Source: an uncultured candidatus Brocadiaceae bacterium (GTDB taxonomy: Bacteria > Planctomycetota > UBA1135 > UBA2386). Taken from it: a stretch of DNA of 64,000 nucleotides. Within the stretch, counting starts at the first letter, position 1. Every line of letters begins with the position of its first letter. Of the stretch, positions 52,633 to 62,683 are shown piece after piece. The notes beneath the pieces are model-generated. The model saw only the letters and a list, made by a program, of their open reading frames with translations, had not been told where the DNA came from and made no database searches. The stretch is from the NCBI GenBank assembly GCA_964543795.1, contig CAZIZN010000004.1, positions 83,988-147,987 on the forward strand. Reading direction: 5' to 3'. Both the position numbers and the translations under genes were made by a program.

Positions 52633-53730
52633 TCAGCGCTGGTAGATCGGCGCCAGGGCGTACGGCAGCTGCAGCAGCGTCAAGGCGATCGAGGTGCCGT
52701 AGACGGAGCCGGCGCCGTCGCCCTCCCAGCTGCCGTCGCTCTTCTGCTGCTGCAGCAGCCAGGCGGACTTCTTCGCGTAGTAGTCGGTCCAGTCCTTGCC
52801 GCCGTGCTGGTAGAGCGCCTGGCTCCAGTAGAGGTGCGTGTAGTAGTGGTAGCCGGTGTTGTCGACGGTGACCTGGATCGCCTTCTTGCAGTACTCGTAG
52901 GCCTTCTCGACGAACGGCTGGTCGTCGTAGACGCCCGCGTTGTAGAGCACCACGACGGCCGCCGCGGTGATCGCCGGCCTGCCGCCGCCGCCGGAGCTGA
53001 GGCTGTAGCGGATGCTGCCGTCGGGATTCTGGCAGCGTTTGATGTAGTCGACCGCGCGGTCGACCGTGCGCTTGTCGACGACGATGCCCGCCATGCGGCA
53101 GGCGCGCAGGGCCTGCACCTGCGTCACCGTCACGCTGCCCTCGTCGCCGTTCGAGTCGGGCGTGTAGAGCCAGCCGCCGGCCGCCGACTGCGAAGCCGAG
53201 ATCAGCTCGACGGCCTTGTCGAGGACCTTCTTGAGCCGCTCCTGCTTCCGCGTGTCCTCTTCCATGCCGTAGACCGAAGCGAGGTAGAGCGTCGCGAAGC
53301 CGTGGCCGTACATGCTGCGGCCTTCTTCCTGCGCGACCGAGACGACCCCGGTGCGGGGGTCGGCGTGCTTGAGCAGGAAATCGACCGACTGCCGCACCTC
53401 GCGCCAGTACTTGCCGCGCGTCGGCGTCGAGCCCGAAGCGATCAGCGCCATGCCGGCCAGCCCGCTCATCGCCGCCGGATAGGTGCCGTAGCCGCCGGCG
53501 TTGCGCCAGCTGCCGTCGTTGGCCTGCGCGTTGGACAGCCAGGCGAGCCCGCGCTGGATCGCTTCGTGCACGGCGCGCGTCACGCCGGGCGGGTAGGCCG
53601 GATCCTGCGCCGCGAGCGTCCGAGGCAACAGGCTGGCGGCGGCAGCGGCAGCGAGGAGTCGCGCGAAGTCGCGGCGCGAGGCCGACGGGAGGCAGGAGTC
53701 CATCGGGTGGCTGTGTTCGTGCGCGGTCAT
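52633..53730 (-). CDS. Tat-signal prenyltransferase/squalene-oxidase-repeat (terpenoid-cyclase-fold) protein
   Basis: ATG at 53730. Twin-arginine signal SRRDFARLLAAAAAA. Repeated NDGSWRN, NPDGSIRY and KSDGSWEG motifs. Confidence 0.7.
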   Translation of the reverse strand: MTAHEHSHPMDSCLPSASRRDFARLLAAAAAASLLPRTLAAQDPAYPPGVTRAVHEAIQRGLAWLSNAQANDGSWRNAGGYGTYPAAMSGLAGMALIASGSTPTRGKYWREVRQSVDFLLKHADPRTGVVSVAQEEGRSMYGHGFATLYLASVYGMEEDTRKQERLKKVLDKAVELISASQSAAGGWLYTPDSNGDEGSVTVTQVQALRACRMAGIVVDKRTVDRAVDYIKRCQNPDGSIRYSLSSGGGGRPAITAAAVVVLYNAGVYDDQPFVEKAYEYCKKAIQVTVDNTGYHYYTHLYWSQALYQHGGKDWTDYYAKKSAWLLQQQKSDGSWEGDGAGSVYGTSIALTLLQLPYALAPIYQR

Positions 53731-54227
53731 CGCCGATCCTCCAGGAACGTCGTAGCGCTCTCGTCGTGCTCCGGGACGAAGCCGCTCCGCGCCCCTTGTA
53801 GCACGAATCGTGGCGGGAGGGCGTCCGACGGGAACCCGGCCGCGGCGCACACGCTGGCGCGCAGCGCTGCGCGTAGGCAGGTCGGTGCCCGCAGGGACAC
53901 CGCGGCCGGATCCGCGCCGCCCGGGATGTTGCATGGGAACGCGCCGAACCGGGGCGGCCCGACGCGCTGGGACCGGACGGTTGGAACGCCTGGACCGGCC
54001 CCGCAGGCGACCCGTCGGCGCAGGTCGGATCGATGTGCGGTCGCCCAAGCCCCGCCGCCCGCCCAGCCCACCTCGTGCTCCCGGGAAGGGCGGTGCCGAT
54101 CTCTCCAGCAGTGCCCGCGGGGCCCACGTCGACGCAGGCCGACGCCGCGGCAGGAGGGAAGAATGCCTCGGGGGCAAGACGCAGGGCGGCTACGTAGTCA
54201 GGGTTGCCCTACCCACGGTTCGACCCG

Positions 54228-54740
54228 ATGCCGATGCCACTCCACAGCCTGTCCACGCTCGCCGCAGCGTTCCTGTTCGTGTCCACCGTGCCGCTGTTCG
54301 CGCAGGATCCGGGGCGCAATGAGGCGAAGTCCGAAGCCCGCGCCGAGGCCCGGGCGACCGGTTCGCAGCGGGTCACCCACCGGGTGGTCGTCGTGAACGG
54401 CAAGACGGTCGTCGACGAACGCACGGTCGACGGCACGCCCGGACCCGGTGCAGGCGCCGGTGACCCGGGCCTCGGGGGACTCGACGCGGAAGAGATGCTG
54501 CGCAAGCTGCGCGAACAGGTCGAACGCGAGGCGGGCGGTGGCCTGCCGCCGGTGGACATGCCTCCCTTGAAGCAGCCGCCGGTGAAGCTGCCGCCGCCCG
54601 CCAAGCAGCCAGCCGTCAAGCAGCCGCCCGTCAAGCAGCCAGCCGTGAAGCAACCCCCCGTCCAGCTGCCGCCGCCCGCGCGCCCCTCGGCCGGAAGTGG
54701 CAAACTGGAGCCGCTCGACCGCACGCGTGGATCGCGATGA
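54228..54740 (+). CDS. Secreted protein with Pro-rich (KQPxV)n repeat; unknown function
   Basis: ATG at 54228; an alternative TTG lies at 54204. Signal peptide MPMPLHSLSTLAAAFLFVSTVPLFAQ. 15-bp coding repeats span 54570..54677. Confidence 0.5.
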   Translation: MPMPLHSLSTLAAAFLFVSTVPLFAQDPGRNEAKSEARAEARATGSQRVTHRVVVVNGKTVVDERTVDGTPGPGAGAGDPGLGGLDAEEMLRKLREQVEREAGGGLPPVDMPPLKQPPVKLPPPAKQPAVKQPPVKQPAVKQPPVQLPPPARPSAGSGKLEPLDRTRGSR

Positions 54741-54822
54741 CGACGAGCCGCGCCATTCCAACACCGCAGAGCTGCCCTTGAGAATCGATCCTGCGCGGTC
54801 CGCCGGTCCGCGCCCAGCCTGG

Positions 54823-55371
54823 ATGCAAGTGCCCGACGAGGCCCTGCTGGCGCGCGCGGCGCGCGGCGAGGCCGCGGCGGTCGACGCGTTCGTGGCGCGC
54901 TTCGGCGATCGTCTGTGCAGCTTCGTCGCGCGCATCGTGCGCGACCGGCAGTGGGCAGACGACCTGACGCAGGAAGTGCTCGTGCGCGCGTTGCACGACG
55001 CCCATCGCTTCGATCCCGCGTGGCCGCTGCCCGTCTGGCTCTTCCGCATCGCGCGCAACCTGTCGCTCGACCTGCTGCGCCGCGAAGGCGCGCACCGCGG
55101 CCGGATCGACCGACTCGCGAACACGCCGCTGCCGAGCGCGCCCGCCGCCGTGACGACCGCCGAGCACCGCGAGTTCCAGGTCGCACTCGAGGCCGAACTG
55201 CAGCGCCTCGCGGAACCGTTCCGGTCGGTGTTCCTGCTGCGCGAGAGCGAGAACCTCGGCTACGAGGAGATCGGCGCCGTGCTCGGCATCTCGCCCAAGA
55301 CCGTTTCGAGCCGGCTGCATCGCGCGCGGCAGCAGCTGCGGGAACGCCTGCAGGGGTTCTTCGAGCCATGA
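54823..55371 (+). CDS. ECF-type sigma-70 factor
   Basis: ATG at 54823. Region 2 is ADDLTQEVLVRAL...WLFRIARNLSLD; region 4 is FLLRESENLGYEEIGAVLGISPKTVSSRLHRAR. Confidence 0.85.
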   Translation: MQVPDEALLARAARGEAAAVDAFVARFGDRLCSFVARIVRDRQWADDLTQEVLVRALHDAHRFDPAWPLPVWLFRIARNLSLDLLRREGAHRGRIDRLANTPLPSAPAAVTTAEHREFQVALEAELQRLAEPFRSVFLLRESENLGYEEIGAVLGISPKTVSSRLHRARQQLRERLQGFFEP

Positions 55372-56246
55372 GCGGATCCCGCATTCCCTGTGCGCGCGTC
55401 ACCCACCTCGCGTCCGCGATGCTGGACGGGCGGCTGCCGAACGCGCAGCGACAGGTCGTGCAGCGTCACCTGCAGCAGTGCCCCGAATGCCTGTCGATCG
55501 TGCGCGGCCTCGCGCGCCTGGGCCGGGCGACGCACAATCTGCCGCCGCAGCGCACCGCTCCGGACCTCGGGGACCGGGTGCAGGCGGACCTCGCGCAGCG
55601 TCGCAGGCAGCGGACGATCTCGCTCGAACACGAGCCAACCCAGCGCCGGCCCCGCGCGATCACGTTCGTCGCGGCGGCGGCGTTGCTCGCGCTCGCCTGG
55701 GCGATCGGGTTCCGTATGGGCGGGCCCACGCACCCGCCGCGCGATGCGGCGACCGGCGACCTCACGTTCGCGACGACGTGCCGGCACGTGCTCGGCGACC
55801 TGACGTGGGCGCGGCTGCCGCAGCACACGCGAAGGCCGCTGCTCGCCGCGCAGCTCGAGCTGTTCGGGCTGCCTTCGCGCGCCCGGCGCGTGCTCGAACA
55901 CAGTGCGCCGCAGAGCGCCGAGTACGAACTCGCCAGCATGGTGACGAACCTCGCGGAACTCGTCGACGTGGACATCGTCCCTTCGCGAGCGGACGTGCCG
56001 CTCGGCGTCACGGAGGTCGTGCGGCGTCACGCCGCCTCGCTGACCGTCGACGAGCGGTCCGACCTGCAGACGTTCCTCGAACTCAAGTCGCGTTTCGTCG
56101 CCGGCGGCTCGGCGCACGACTCGATCGGTTTCGCGGTGAGCGCCTCGACGGCCTCCGGAGACGGGCTGCGGCAGATCGTCCTCGACATGGAACGCGCGAT
56201 GCGGCAGTGGTGCGAACAGGGCGTCGCCGCCGATCCGGTGCGCTGA
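55368..56246 (+). CDS. zf-HC2 anti-sigma factor (single TM)
   Basis: ATGA overlap with the sigma stop. H-x3-C-x2-C motif HLQQCPEC. TM ITFVAAAALLALAWAIGF. Confidence 0.75.
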   Translation: MSGSRIPCARVTHLASAMLDGRLPNAQRQVVQRHLQQCPECLSIVRGLARLGRATHNLPPQRTAPDLGDRVQADLAQRRRQRTISLEHEPTQRRPRAITFVAAAALLALAWAIGFRMGGPTHPPRDAATGDLTFATTCRHVLGDLTWARLPQHTRRPLLAAQLELFGLPSRARRVLEHSAPQSAEYELASMVTNLAELVDVDIVPSRADVPLGVTEVVRRHAASLTVDERSDLQTFLELKSRFVAGGSAHDSIGFAVSASTASGDGLRQIVLDMERAMRQWCEQGVAADPVR

Positions 56247-56445
56247 CTGCCGGCGATCGGGCAACGACCCCAGCCCTCGAACGTGTCGAAGCAATCGTCG
56301 GGCGGCGGCGCGTCGACGTCCTCCGCCATCCGGACCGCCTCGGCGCTGCCGACGGGGAGCCGCCAGGGCACCGATGGCCGCGGGCCAGCGGCAGGTCGGG
56401 CGCTCCCGGGAGCGTCGAGACCGCGCCCCGGCCCCACCACCCGCC

Positions 56446-57693
56446 TCACCGCCGTGCCGCGACGTCGGCCCGATACTCGTCGAGCACCTGCTTCAGGATC
56501 GCGACGTCCGACTCGAACGTCTCGGGCAGCAGCGGCCCGAACGAGAAGCGGAACCACGACGCGTAGGGCGACACGTAGTCGGGGTCCTTCGCGTGCGGCC
56601 GCGCCATGTCGCAGTCGATGCCCTTGAGGATCGCCGCGCCGTGACGGAACAGGCGCCGGTTGAACTCCGCCGCGTCGAGGCCTTCGGGCAGGCGCAGCCA
56701 GTGATAGAAGCCGCCGTCGCCGGTGTGCACGCCGAGCCCCATGTTCGCGAACGCCTCGCCGTAGCGCGCCCGCTGCATGCTGTAGTGCCGGTCGACGGCC
56801 TCGCGCGCCAAGGCGACGCGGCGAGGCTCGAGGAGCTCGACCGCGTAGAGCTGCGAGGGGTGGCTCACGCCGCCCATGCCGAAGCTCGAGAAGTTGGACA
56901 GCGTCTCGACGTTCTTCCTGCTCGCGATGATCCAGCCGATGCGGATGCCGGGGCACTGCAGGCCCTTCGTGCAGGCGCCGGCGAGGAACACGTTGCTGTT
57001 GTCGAGGTCCTTGACGTAGCGGATGCCGCTCACGCCCTTGGACGGATGGAACATCTCGTAGGCTTCGTCGAGCAGGATGCCGTTCTTCGGCTGCTCGGCC
57101 ATCGCGATCAGTTCTTCGAGCTCGGCGCCCGCGCGCGTGTGGCCCGTGGGGTTGCCCGGGTTCGAGATGATCGGCAACAGGTGCGTCTTGTGGTTGAGCC
57201 CCGCGCGATCGAAGTACTCCGCGTTCGATGGACGGAAGCCGTTCGCCTCGGTGAACGGCACGACGCGCCAGTTCACCCCGGTCTGCGTCATGATGTCGAG
57301 ATAGGCGGGCCACTCGACGTTGCCGATGCGCACCTCGACGTGCTTCTTGAGGAACGCGAGCACCGCGTAGATGCCGGGCCGACCGCCGGCGAACACCATC
57401 ACGTTCTCGGGCGCGATGCGCGAACCGTAGAAGCCGTTGTAGTGGTTCGCGATCGCCTCGCGCAGCAGCGGATGCCCCCACGCCTTGGGGTAGAAGCGGT
57501 CTTCCCACGTCACGTTCACGCTGGCGGGCAGCGGCGGACCGCCGGCGAGCTGCGTCGTCAGCGGAAAGCCCTGCGACCACGGGTGCGTGCCCGGTGAGCC
57601 CATGAACTTGCCGAAGGCGTCGCGGAAGGCGTAGAGGGTCTCGTAGATGCCCATCGGCGGGCAATCGTCGGACAGGAAGGAGTCGCGCTGCAT
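56446..57693 (-). CDS. PLP-dependent aminotransferase, class I/II
   Basis: ISNPGNPTG; a Lys in the ACTKGLQCPGIRIGW context; 415 aa. Confidence 0.85.
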   Translation of the reverse strand: MQRDSFLSDDCPPMGIYETLYAFRDAFGKFMGSPGTHPWSQGFPLTTQLAGGPPLPASVNVTWEDRFYPKAWGHPLLREAIANHYNGFYGSRIAPENVMVFAGGRPGIYAVLAFLKKHVEVRIGNVEWPAYLDIMTQTGVNWRVVPFTEANGFRPSNAEYFDRAGLNHKTHLLPIISNPGNPTGHTRAGAELEELIAMAEQPKNGILLDEAYEMFHPSKGVSGIRYVKDLDNSNVFLAGACTKGLQCPGIRIGWIIASRKNVETLSNFSSFGMGGVSHPSQLYAVELLEPRRVALAREAVDRHYSMQRARYGEAFANMGLGVHTGDGGFYHWLRLPEGLDAAEFNRRLFRHGAAILKGIDCDMARPHAKDPDYVSPYASWFRFSFGPLLPETFESDVAILKQVLDEYRADVAARR

Positions 57694-57841
57694 GGATGGG
57701 TGCCGGGGACCGGGTTCGCGTGGCGAAGGCTACCCGTTGCCCGCGGCAACGCACCTGTCGCTCGACGGACCCCGCGGCGGAGGCCCCGTCACCCGCCGCG
57801 CGCCGCGGCCACGAGGGGCGAGGCGGCTCCGTGCTGGCGCC

Positions 57842-58759
57842 TCAGCGGAACAACTGCAGGAACGCCACCGTGAGCCGTTCCTCGAAGCAGCCGCGGTACG
57901 CCTGCGCCAGGATGCGCAGCGCGTCGAACACGCCGACCCGCGGCTGCTGCGCCGCGTGGATCTTCTCGAACGAGTTGACGAGCCCGACGAGGCGCGCCAT
58001 CTCGGGAATGTCCGTGCCGCGCAGGCCGTGCGGATGGCCCGAGCCGTCCCAGCGCTCGTGGTGGTGCTGCGCCGCCTCGACCACCGCCCGCGGCAGCCCC
58101 AGGCCGCGCAGCAGGTCGGCGCCGCGTTCGGTGTGCTCGGGGTCGTGTTCCACGCTCTCGCGGCCGGCGCGACCGACGTCGTGCAGCAGACCCGCGAGGC
58201 CCGCCTGCACCATCACCGTGCTGTCGGCGGACATCGCCACGCGCGCGAGCCCCATGCAGAGGAAACCCACCGTCAGGCTGTGCTGCGCCAGCCCGGCCCC
58301 GGCGCCGAGCACCTTGCGCACGGCGCGGAACGCGTCCCTCTCGCGGTTGAGCAGCCCGCAGGTCGCGAGCATGACCTTGTTCGCGCGCTGCACGGTGGCG
58401 CGGTCGGGCGGTGCCGCGAGCAGGTCGCCGGCGACCGTCATCGCCACGCCCTGCAGCACGTCGGCGCGGCGCTCGAGCGGCACGCCGCGTTCGCGCAACA
58501 CGCCGTCGAGCGACGCCTCGACGCGCGCGAAGTAGGCGCCGCGGTCGACCTCGCGGATGAACAACTGCGCGATGCCCTCCGCCTGCAGCCGTCCGAGATG
58601 CGACTCGTCGAGGTCGAACCGCGCGGGCCGGTAGAGGATCCAGACGTCCTCGGCCGTACGCAGGTAGAGCGGGAACGGCACCGGCTCCTTCGCCACGAGC
58701 CCGCCGAGCGGGACCGCGGTGTAGCGGTCGGCCTGGGTCGCGGTCGAGGAGGACACCAT
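57842..58759 (-). CDS. HD-GYP-type c-di-GMP phosphodiesterase-like protein (variant GHP)
   Basis: LLHDVG and HHERWDGSGHP motifs. The N-terminal ~130 aa are an unrecognised domain. Confidence 0.75.
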   Translation of the reverse strand: MVSSSTATQADRYTAVPLGGLVAKEPVPFPLYLRTAEDVWILYRPARFDLDESHLGRLQAEGIAQLFIREVDRGAYFARVEASLDGVLRERGVPLERRADVLQGVAMTVAGDLLAAPPDRATVQRANKVMLATCGLLNRERDAFRAVRKVLGAGAGLAQHSLTVGFLCMGLARVAMSADSTVMVQAGLAGLLHDVGRAGRESVEHDPEHTERGADLLRGLGLPRAVVEAAQHHHERWDGSGHPHGLRGTDIPEMARLVGLVNSFEKIHAAQQPRVGVFDALRILAQAYRGCFEERLTVAFLQLFR

Positions 58760-58859
58760 CGTCGCGCGACTTCGGCAGGGCCGGCGCGGCAGCTTGACGC
58801 GTTCGCCGACGCACCGTTGGGTAGGCGCGCAGGGGCCGGGCCCCGGCGCGGCGGCCCGT

Positions 58860-59417
58860 TCAGTCGAACTTCTTCTTGCGGATCTTCTGGATCAGCTTCG
58901 ACGTCGAGTGGCCCTTCTTGTCGCCGACGAACACCGCCTTGATGTCCAGGCGCTTCAAGGTGTCCTTCTCGGGCAGGGTCTTCAGCGTGTAGTCGGTGCC
59001 CTTGGCGTAGAGCGTCGGCCGCAGCGCTTCGAGCAGTTCGTCGGCCGTCGGCTCGGCGAAGCTCGTCACGTAGTCGACGAACGACAGCGCGGCGAGCAGT
59101 TCCATGCGTTCGTCCTCGGCGACGATCGGGTGCCCCTTGCCCTTGAGTTCCTCGGCCGAATCGTCGGTGTTGACGGCGACGACGAGGATGTCGCCGCGCG
59201 AACGGGCGTCCTCGAGGCAGCGCGTGTGCCCGACGTGCATGAGGTCGAACACCCCGTTGGTCAGCACGATGGTCTTGCCGCTCGCTCGCAGACCCGTGAG
59301 GATCGCGGCGAGGCTGCGGCGGTCGAGCACCTTGTCCTTGGAACGCTGCTTGCGCGGAACGACGACCAAACGGGCCTCCGGATTCGGCGAGGGGTACGGC
59401 AGGAACGGCGGCAACAT
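58860..59417 (-). CDS. Cytidylyltransferase-fold protein, RfaE domain II-like (heptose-1-phosphate adenylyltransferase-like)
   Basis: ATG at 59417. TNGVFDLMHVGH (HxGH), VAVNTDDS and GHSTSKLIQKI. The N-terminal boundary is uncertain. Confidence 0.75.
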   Translation of the reverse strand: MLPPFLPYPSPNPEARLVVVPRKQRSKDKVLDRRSLAAILTGLRASGKTIVLTNGVFDLMHVGHTRCLEDARSRGDILVVAVNTDDSAEELKGKGHPIVAEDERMELLAALSFVDYVTSFAEPTADELLEALRPTLYAKGTDYTLKTLPEKDTLKRLDIKAVFVGDKKGHSTSKLIQKIRKKKFD

Positions 59418-59520
59418 GCCACACCGAGAGCCCGGCGGCAACGGCAGTTCCGGCAACGCGCCTCGCACCCGGGGCCACTCGGCGCCAACGTCCGCACCGC
59501 CTCGACCGTATCCTGCGGCC

Positions 59521-60921
59521 ATGCTCCGACGACGCGCCGCCGTGCTCTTCCTGCTCGCCACCTCGTCCGGTGCGGCCGCTGCCCAGACCACGCTGCCCGA
59601 GCCGCCGCCGCCGCTCGCCGCCGAGGTGTTCGCGCAGCGCCGCGCGGCGCTCGCCGCCGCGATCGACGCCGCGCACCCCGGCCGCCGGGTCGTCGTGCTG
59701 CTGCGCGGCGCCGACAAGGCCGCCGACATGGGCCCGTTCGTGCAGGACCAGGACTTCCTCTACCTCGTCGGCGTCGCCGAACCCGACCTCTGCCTGCTGC
59801 TCGTACCCGGCGACGACGGGCTCGCCGTCGACGAACTGCTGGTGCCGCCGTTCTCGCGCTTCGCCGCCACCTGGGACGGCAACTTCCTCGCCCCGGGCGA
59901 GGCGACGGCGAAGCGCACCGGCTTCCGCACGGCCGGCAACGTGCGCTCGCTGGCCGCGCGACTCGACGAACTGCTCGCCGAGCAGGACGGCAAGCGCCCC
60001 TTGCTGCTGACGCTGACGAGCCCTTCGGCGCGCACCGGCAGCACGCCGACGAAGGCCGCGTCGGCGGCGGCCGACCGCGAGCGCGATCCGTTCGACGGCC
60101 GGTCGAGCCGCGAAGCGGCGCTGCAGGGGAGACTGCAGGAACGCTTCCCCGGGCTCGAGATCGGCAGCCTCGAGAAGCTGCTGCACCCGATGCGCGCGGC
60201 CAAGAGCGAGGCCGAGCTGGCGCTGATCCGCGCGTCCACCCGGTTCGCTGGCGAAGCGATCGCCGAGGCGATGAAGTCCGCGCGGCCGGGCCTCTACGAG
60301 TTCCAGCTCGCCGCCGTCGCGCGCTACGTGCTGTCGCTGCGCGGCGCCGGGCCCGACGCCTACGCGGCGATCGTCGGCGCGGGCGCCAACGGCTGCATCC
60401 TGCACTACAACGCCAACGGCAAGCGCCTCGAAGACGGCGACCTCATCGTCATGGACTACGCGGCGACCGTGCACGGCTATGCCAGCGACGTGACGCGGAC
60501 GTTCCCGGCGAACGGCAAGTTCACGAAGGAACAGCACAAGCTCGTGACGGACGTGTACGAGATCCAGCAGCAGATCATCGCCGCGGTGAAACCCGGCGCG
60601 CGGCTCAGCCAGCTCGGCCGCATGTGCGCGCAGTTGCTGACCGAACGCGGCTACCGCAACGACCACGGACCGTGCCACCACGTCGGTCTCGCCGTGCACG
60701 ATCCCTCGGTCGACGTGCTGGCGCCCGGCATGGTGATCACGGTCGAACCCGGCGCCTACCTGCGCGACAAGGGCATGGGCTGCCGCATCGAGGACGTGGT
60801 CCTCGTCACCGAGCAGGGCAACGAGGTGCTGTCGGGCAACGTGCCGTCCCAGCCCGAGGCGATCCTCGCGCTGATGCGGCAGCAGGGCGTGATCGAAGTG
60901 CCGGTGGGCACCGCGCGCTGA
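59521..60921 (+). CDS. Xaa-Pro aminopeptidase (M24B), with signal peptide
   Basis: ATG at 59521. MLRRRAAVLFLLATSSGAAAAQ. Metal-ligand contexts MDYAATVHGYASDVTRTF, HHVGLAVHD, VEPG and RIED. Confidence 0.85.
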   Translation: MLRRRAAVLFLLATSSGAAAAQTTLPEPPPPLAAEVFAQRRAALAAAIDAAHPGRRVVVLLRGADKAADMGPFVQDQDFLYLVGVAEPDLCLLLVPGDDGLAVDELLVPPFSRFAATWDGNFLAPGEATAKRTGFRTAGNVRSLAARLDELLAEQDGKRPLLLTLTSPSARTGSTPTKAASAAADRERDPFDGRSSREAALQGRLQERFPGLEIGSLEKLLHPMRAAKSEAELALIRASTRFAGEAIAEAMKSARPGLYEFQLAAVARYVLSLRGAGPDAYAAIVGAGANGCILHYNANGKRLEDGDLIVMDYAATVHGYASDVTRTFPANGKFTKEQHKLVTDVYEIQQQIIAAVKPGARLSQLGRMCAQLLTERGYRNDHGPCHHVGLAVHDPSVDVLAPGMVITVEPGAYLRDKGMGCRIEDVVLVTEQGNEVLSGNVPSQPEAILALMRQQGVIEVPVGTAR

Positions 60922-60951
60922 CGGCCGCCGCGGCGCTACGCTCTGCCGCGC

Positions 60952-62493
60952 ATGCCGCCCGCCCTTCCGCCGCTCGAACGCACGCCGCTCGATCGGCTGG
61001 CCGTGCCGCTGCTGCTCGCGTTCGGCCTGGCCCTGCACCTCTGCTGGATCGCGGCGCCGTTCGGGTTCCACGAGATCAACGCGGGCTACTTCTTCGGGCC
61101 GTTCGCGCAGCACTGGGAGCGCTTCGGCTGGTTCGAACTGCGCGGCACGCCGCTCGGCGCCTCGGCCGTGGCGCTGCCCGAGACGCCGCAGCAGGGCCAC
61201 CCCTACTGGAACCATCCCCCCGGCTTCGCGTGGCTGTGCAGCCTGGCCGGCACCGCGGAGTGGCAGCTGCGTCTGCCGTGCGTGTTCGCCGCGATCGGCA
61301 GCGGCCCGCTGCTGTTCCTGCTGGCGCGACCGCGGCTGCCGGCCGCCGCCGCCCTGCTCGCGGGTCTGCTGGTGCAGTGCTGCCCGGCGATCGCGTTCTC
61401 GGCCGTCGTCTCCTACGAGTCGGTCGTGATCGCCTGCGGGCTGCTGCTCCTGCTGCTGCACGAACGCGCCCGGCAGAGCCGCCGCGCCGCGCTCGGCGCC
61501 GCCGCGGTCGCGGCGCTGGGCCTCTGGATGGACTGGGCGTTCGGCTTCTACCTGCTGGCACTCGGGCTCTGGTCCCTGCCTGCCCGGGGCCGGGTCTGGC
61601 TCGTGCGCCTCGCACGTCCCGCCGCGGCCGCGGCCGCGTCCCTGCTCGGCATCGTCGCCTGGCGCGCCTGGGCCGGCGGCGCGCCGCTGCTGCCGCCGCC
61701 GCAACCGGGTCACGAGAGTGCGGTCGCGATGCTCGTGCGCGCCCTGCTGGTCGCACCGCCGTGGGGCCTCTGGCTCGAGCTCGTCGGCGACCGGCTGCGC
61801 GACGGCTTCGGGCCGGCACTGCTGCTCGCGGCGGCAGCCGGCGCGCTGCCCGCGGTGCTGCGTGCGCCGCGCCTCGTGGGCACGTTGCTCCTGCCGGCAC
61901 TGCTCAACCTGCTGGTCTTCCGCAACCACGCCGCGGGCCACGTGATGTTCTTCGCGTATGCCGGGCCGCCGTTCGCGCTCGCGGCAGCCCACCTGTTCGC
62001 GCTCGCCGCACGCTGGCGCAGCGCGGCGGCCGTCGCGGCAGCGCTCGGGCTCGCGCTCGTCGGTGCCACGACCTGGTACACGGCCGAATGGAAGCGCGGC
62101 GCCGTGAGCCCGATGTTCCGCACGCTCGGCGCGACGCTGAGCCGGCTCGCCGAGGAACCGTCGCCCGACGGCGACGTGCGTCCGAGCCTCGTCGCCACGA
62201 ACGCGACGCAGAACTACCCCTACTACGTGCGCTCGCCGCGGGTCCTGTTGTCGCCGGTCGTCGCCCGCGCCGCGATCGCAGCCCAGCGCGGCGGTCCGTC
62301 GCGGCTGCGGTACGTGTACGTCGACACCGAGATGCGCGTGCCGGGGCAACCGGTGCAGCGCGCCGGCGACGTGGAGCTGCGGGCCTGGCTCGGCGGGTTC
62401 CCGAGCCGGGCGTTGCCCGAACTGGTCGGCGCCTGGCAGCTCGGCCACGGCATCGAACTCGTCGTGCACGGTGCCCACGTCTACGACCTGTGA
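60952..62493 (+). CDS. Polytopic membrane protein, GT-C-fold (ArnT/PMT-like) glycosyltransferase candidate
   Basis: About 10 hydrophobic segments followed by a ~150-aa soluble C-terminal domain. The family assignment rests on architecture only. Confidence 0.45.
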   Translation: MPPALPPLERTPLDRLAVPLLLAFGLALHLCWIAAPFGFHEINAGYFFGPFAQHWERFGWFELRGTPLGASAVALPETPQQGHPYWNHPPGFAWLCSLAGTAEWQLRLPCVFAAIGSGPLLFLLARPRLPAAAALLAGLLVQCCPAIAFSAVVSYESVVIACGLLLLLLHERARQSRRAALGAAAVAALGLWMDWAFGFYLLALGLWSLPARGRVWLVRLARPAAAAAASLLGIVAWRAWAGGAPLLPPPQPGHESAVAMLVRALLVAPPWGLWLELVGDRLRDGFGPALLLAAAAGALPAVLRAPRLVGTLLLPALLNLLVFRNHAAGHVMFFAYAGPPFALAAAHLFALAARWRSAAAVAAALGLALVGATTWYTAEWKRGAVSPMFRTLGATLSRLAEEPSPDGDVRPSLVATNATQNYPYYVRSPRVLLSPVVARAAIAAQRGGPSRLRYVYVDTEMRVPGQPVQRAGDVELRAWLGGFPSRALPELVGAWQLGHGIELVVHGAHVYDL

Positions 62494-62683
62494 GCAGGGG
62501 CCTCCGCGCCCCACAGGACCTGGCCGGACGCCGCGAACGGACGATGCCGGGGCACGATCGCGCGACCCGGCCCTACCCGCCGGGTCGGGGAACAACGGGC
62601 CGCTGGCGAGCATGGTCCGAGCGTTCCAACCGTTCTGCCCTGTTCGCGCCGCTCGGCGATGCACTGCGGCGTCGCCCGGGCGA

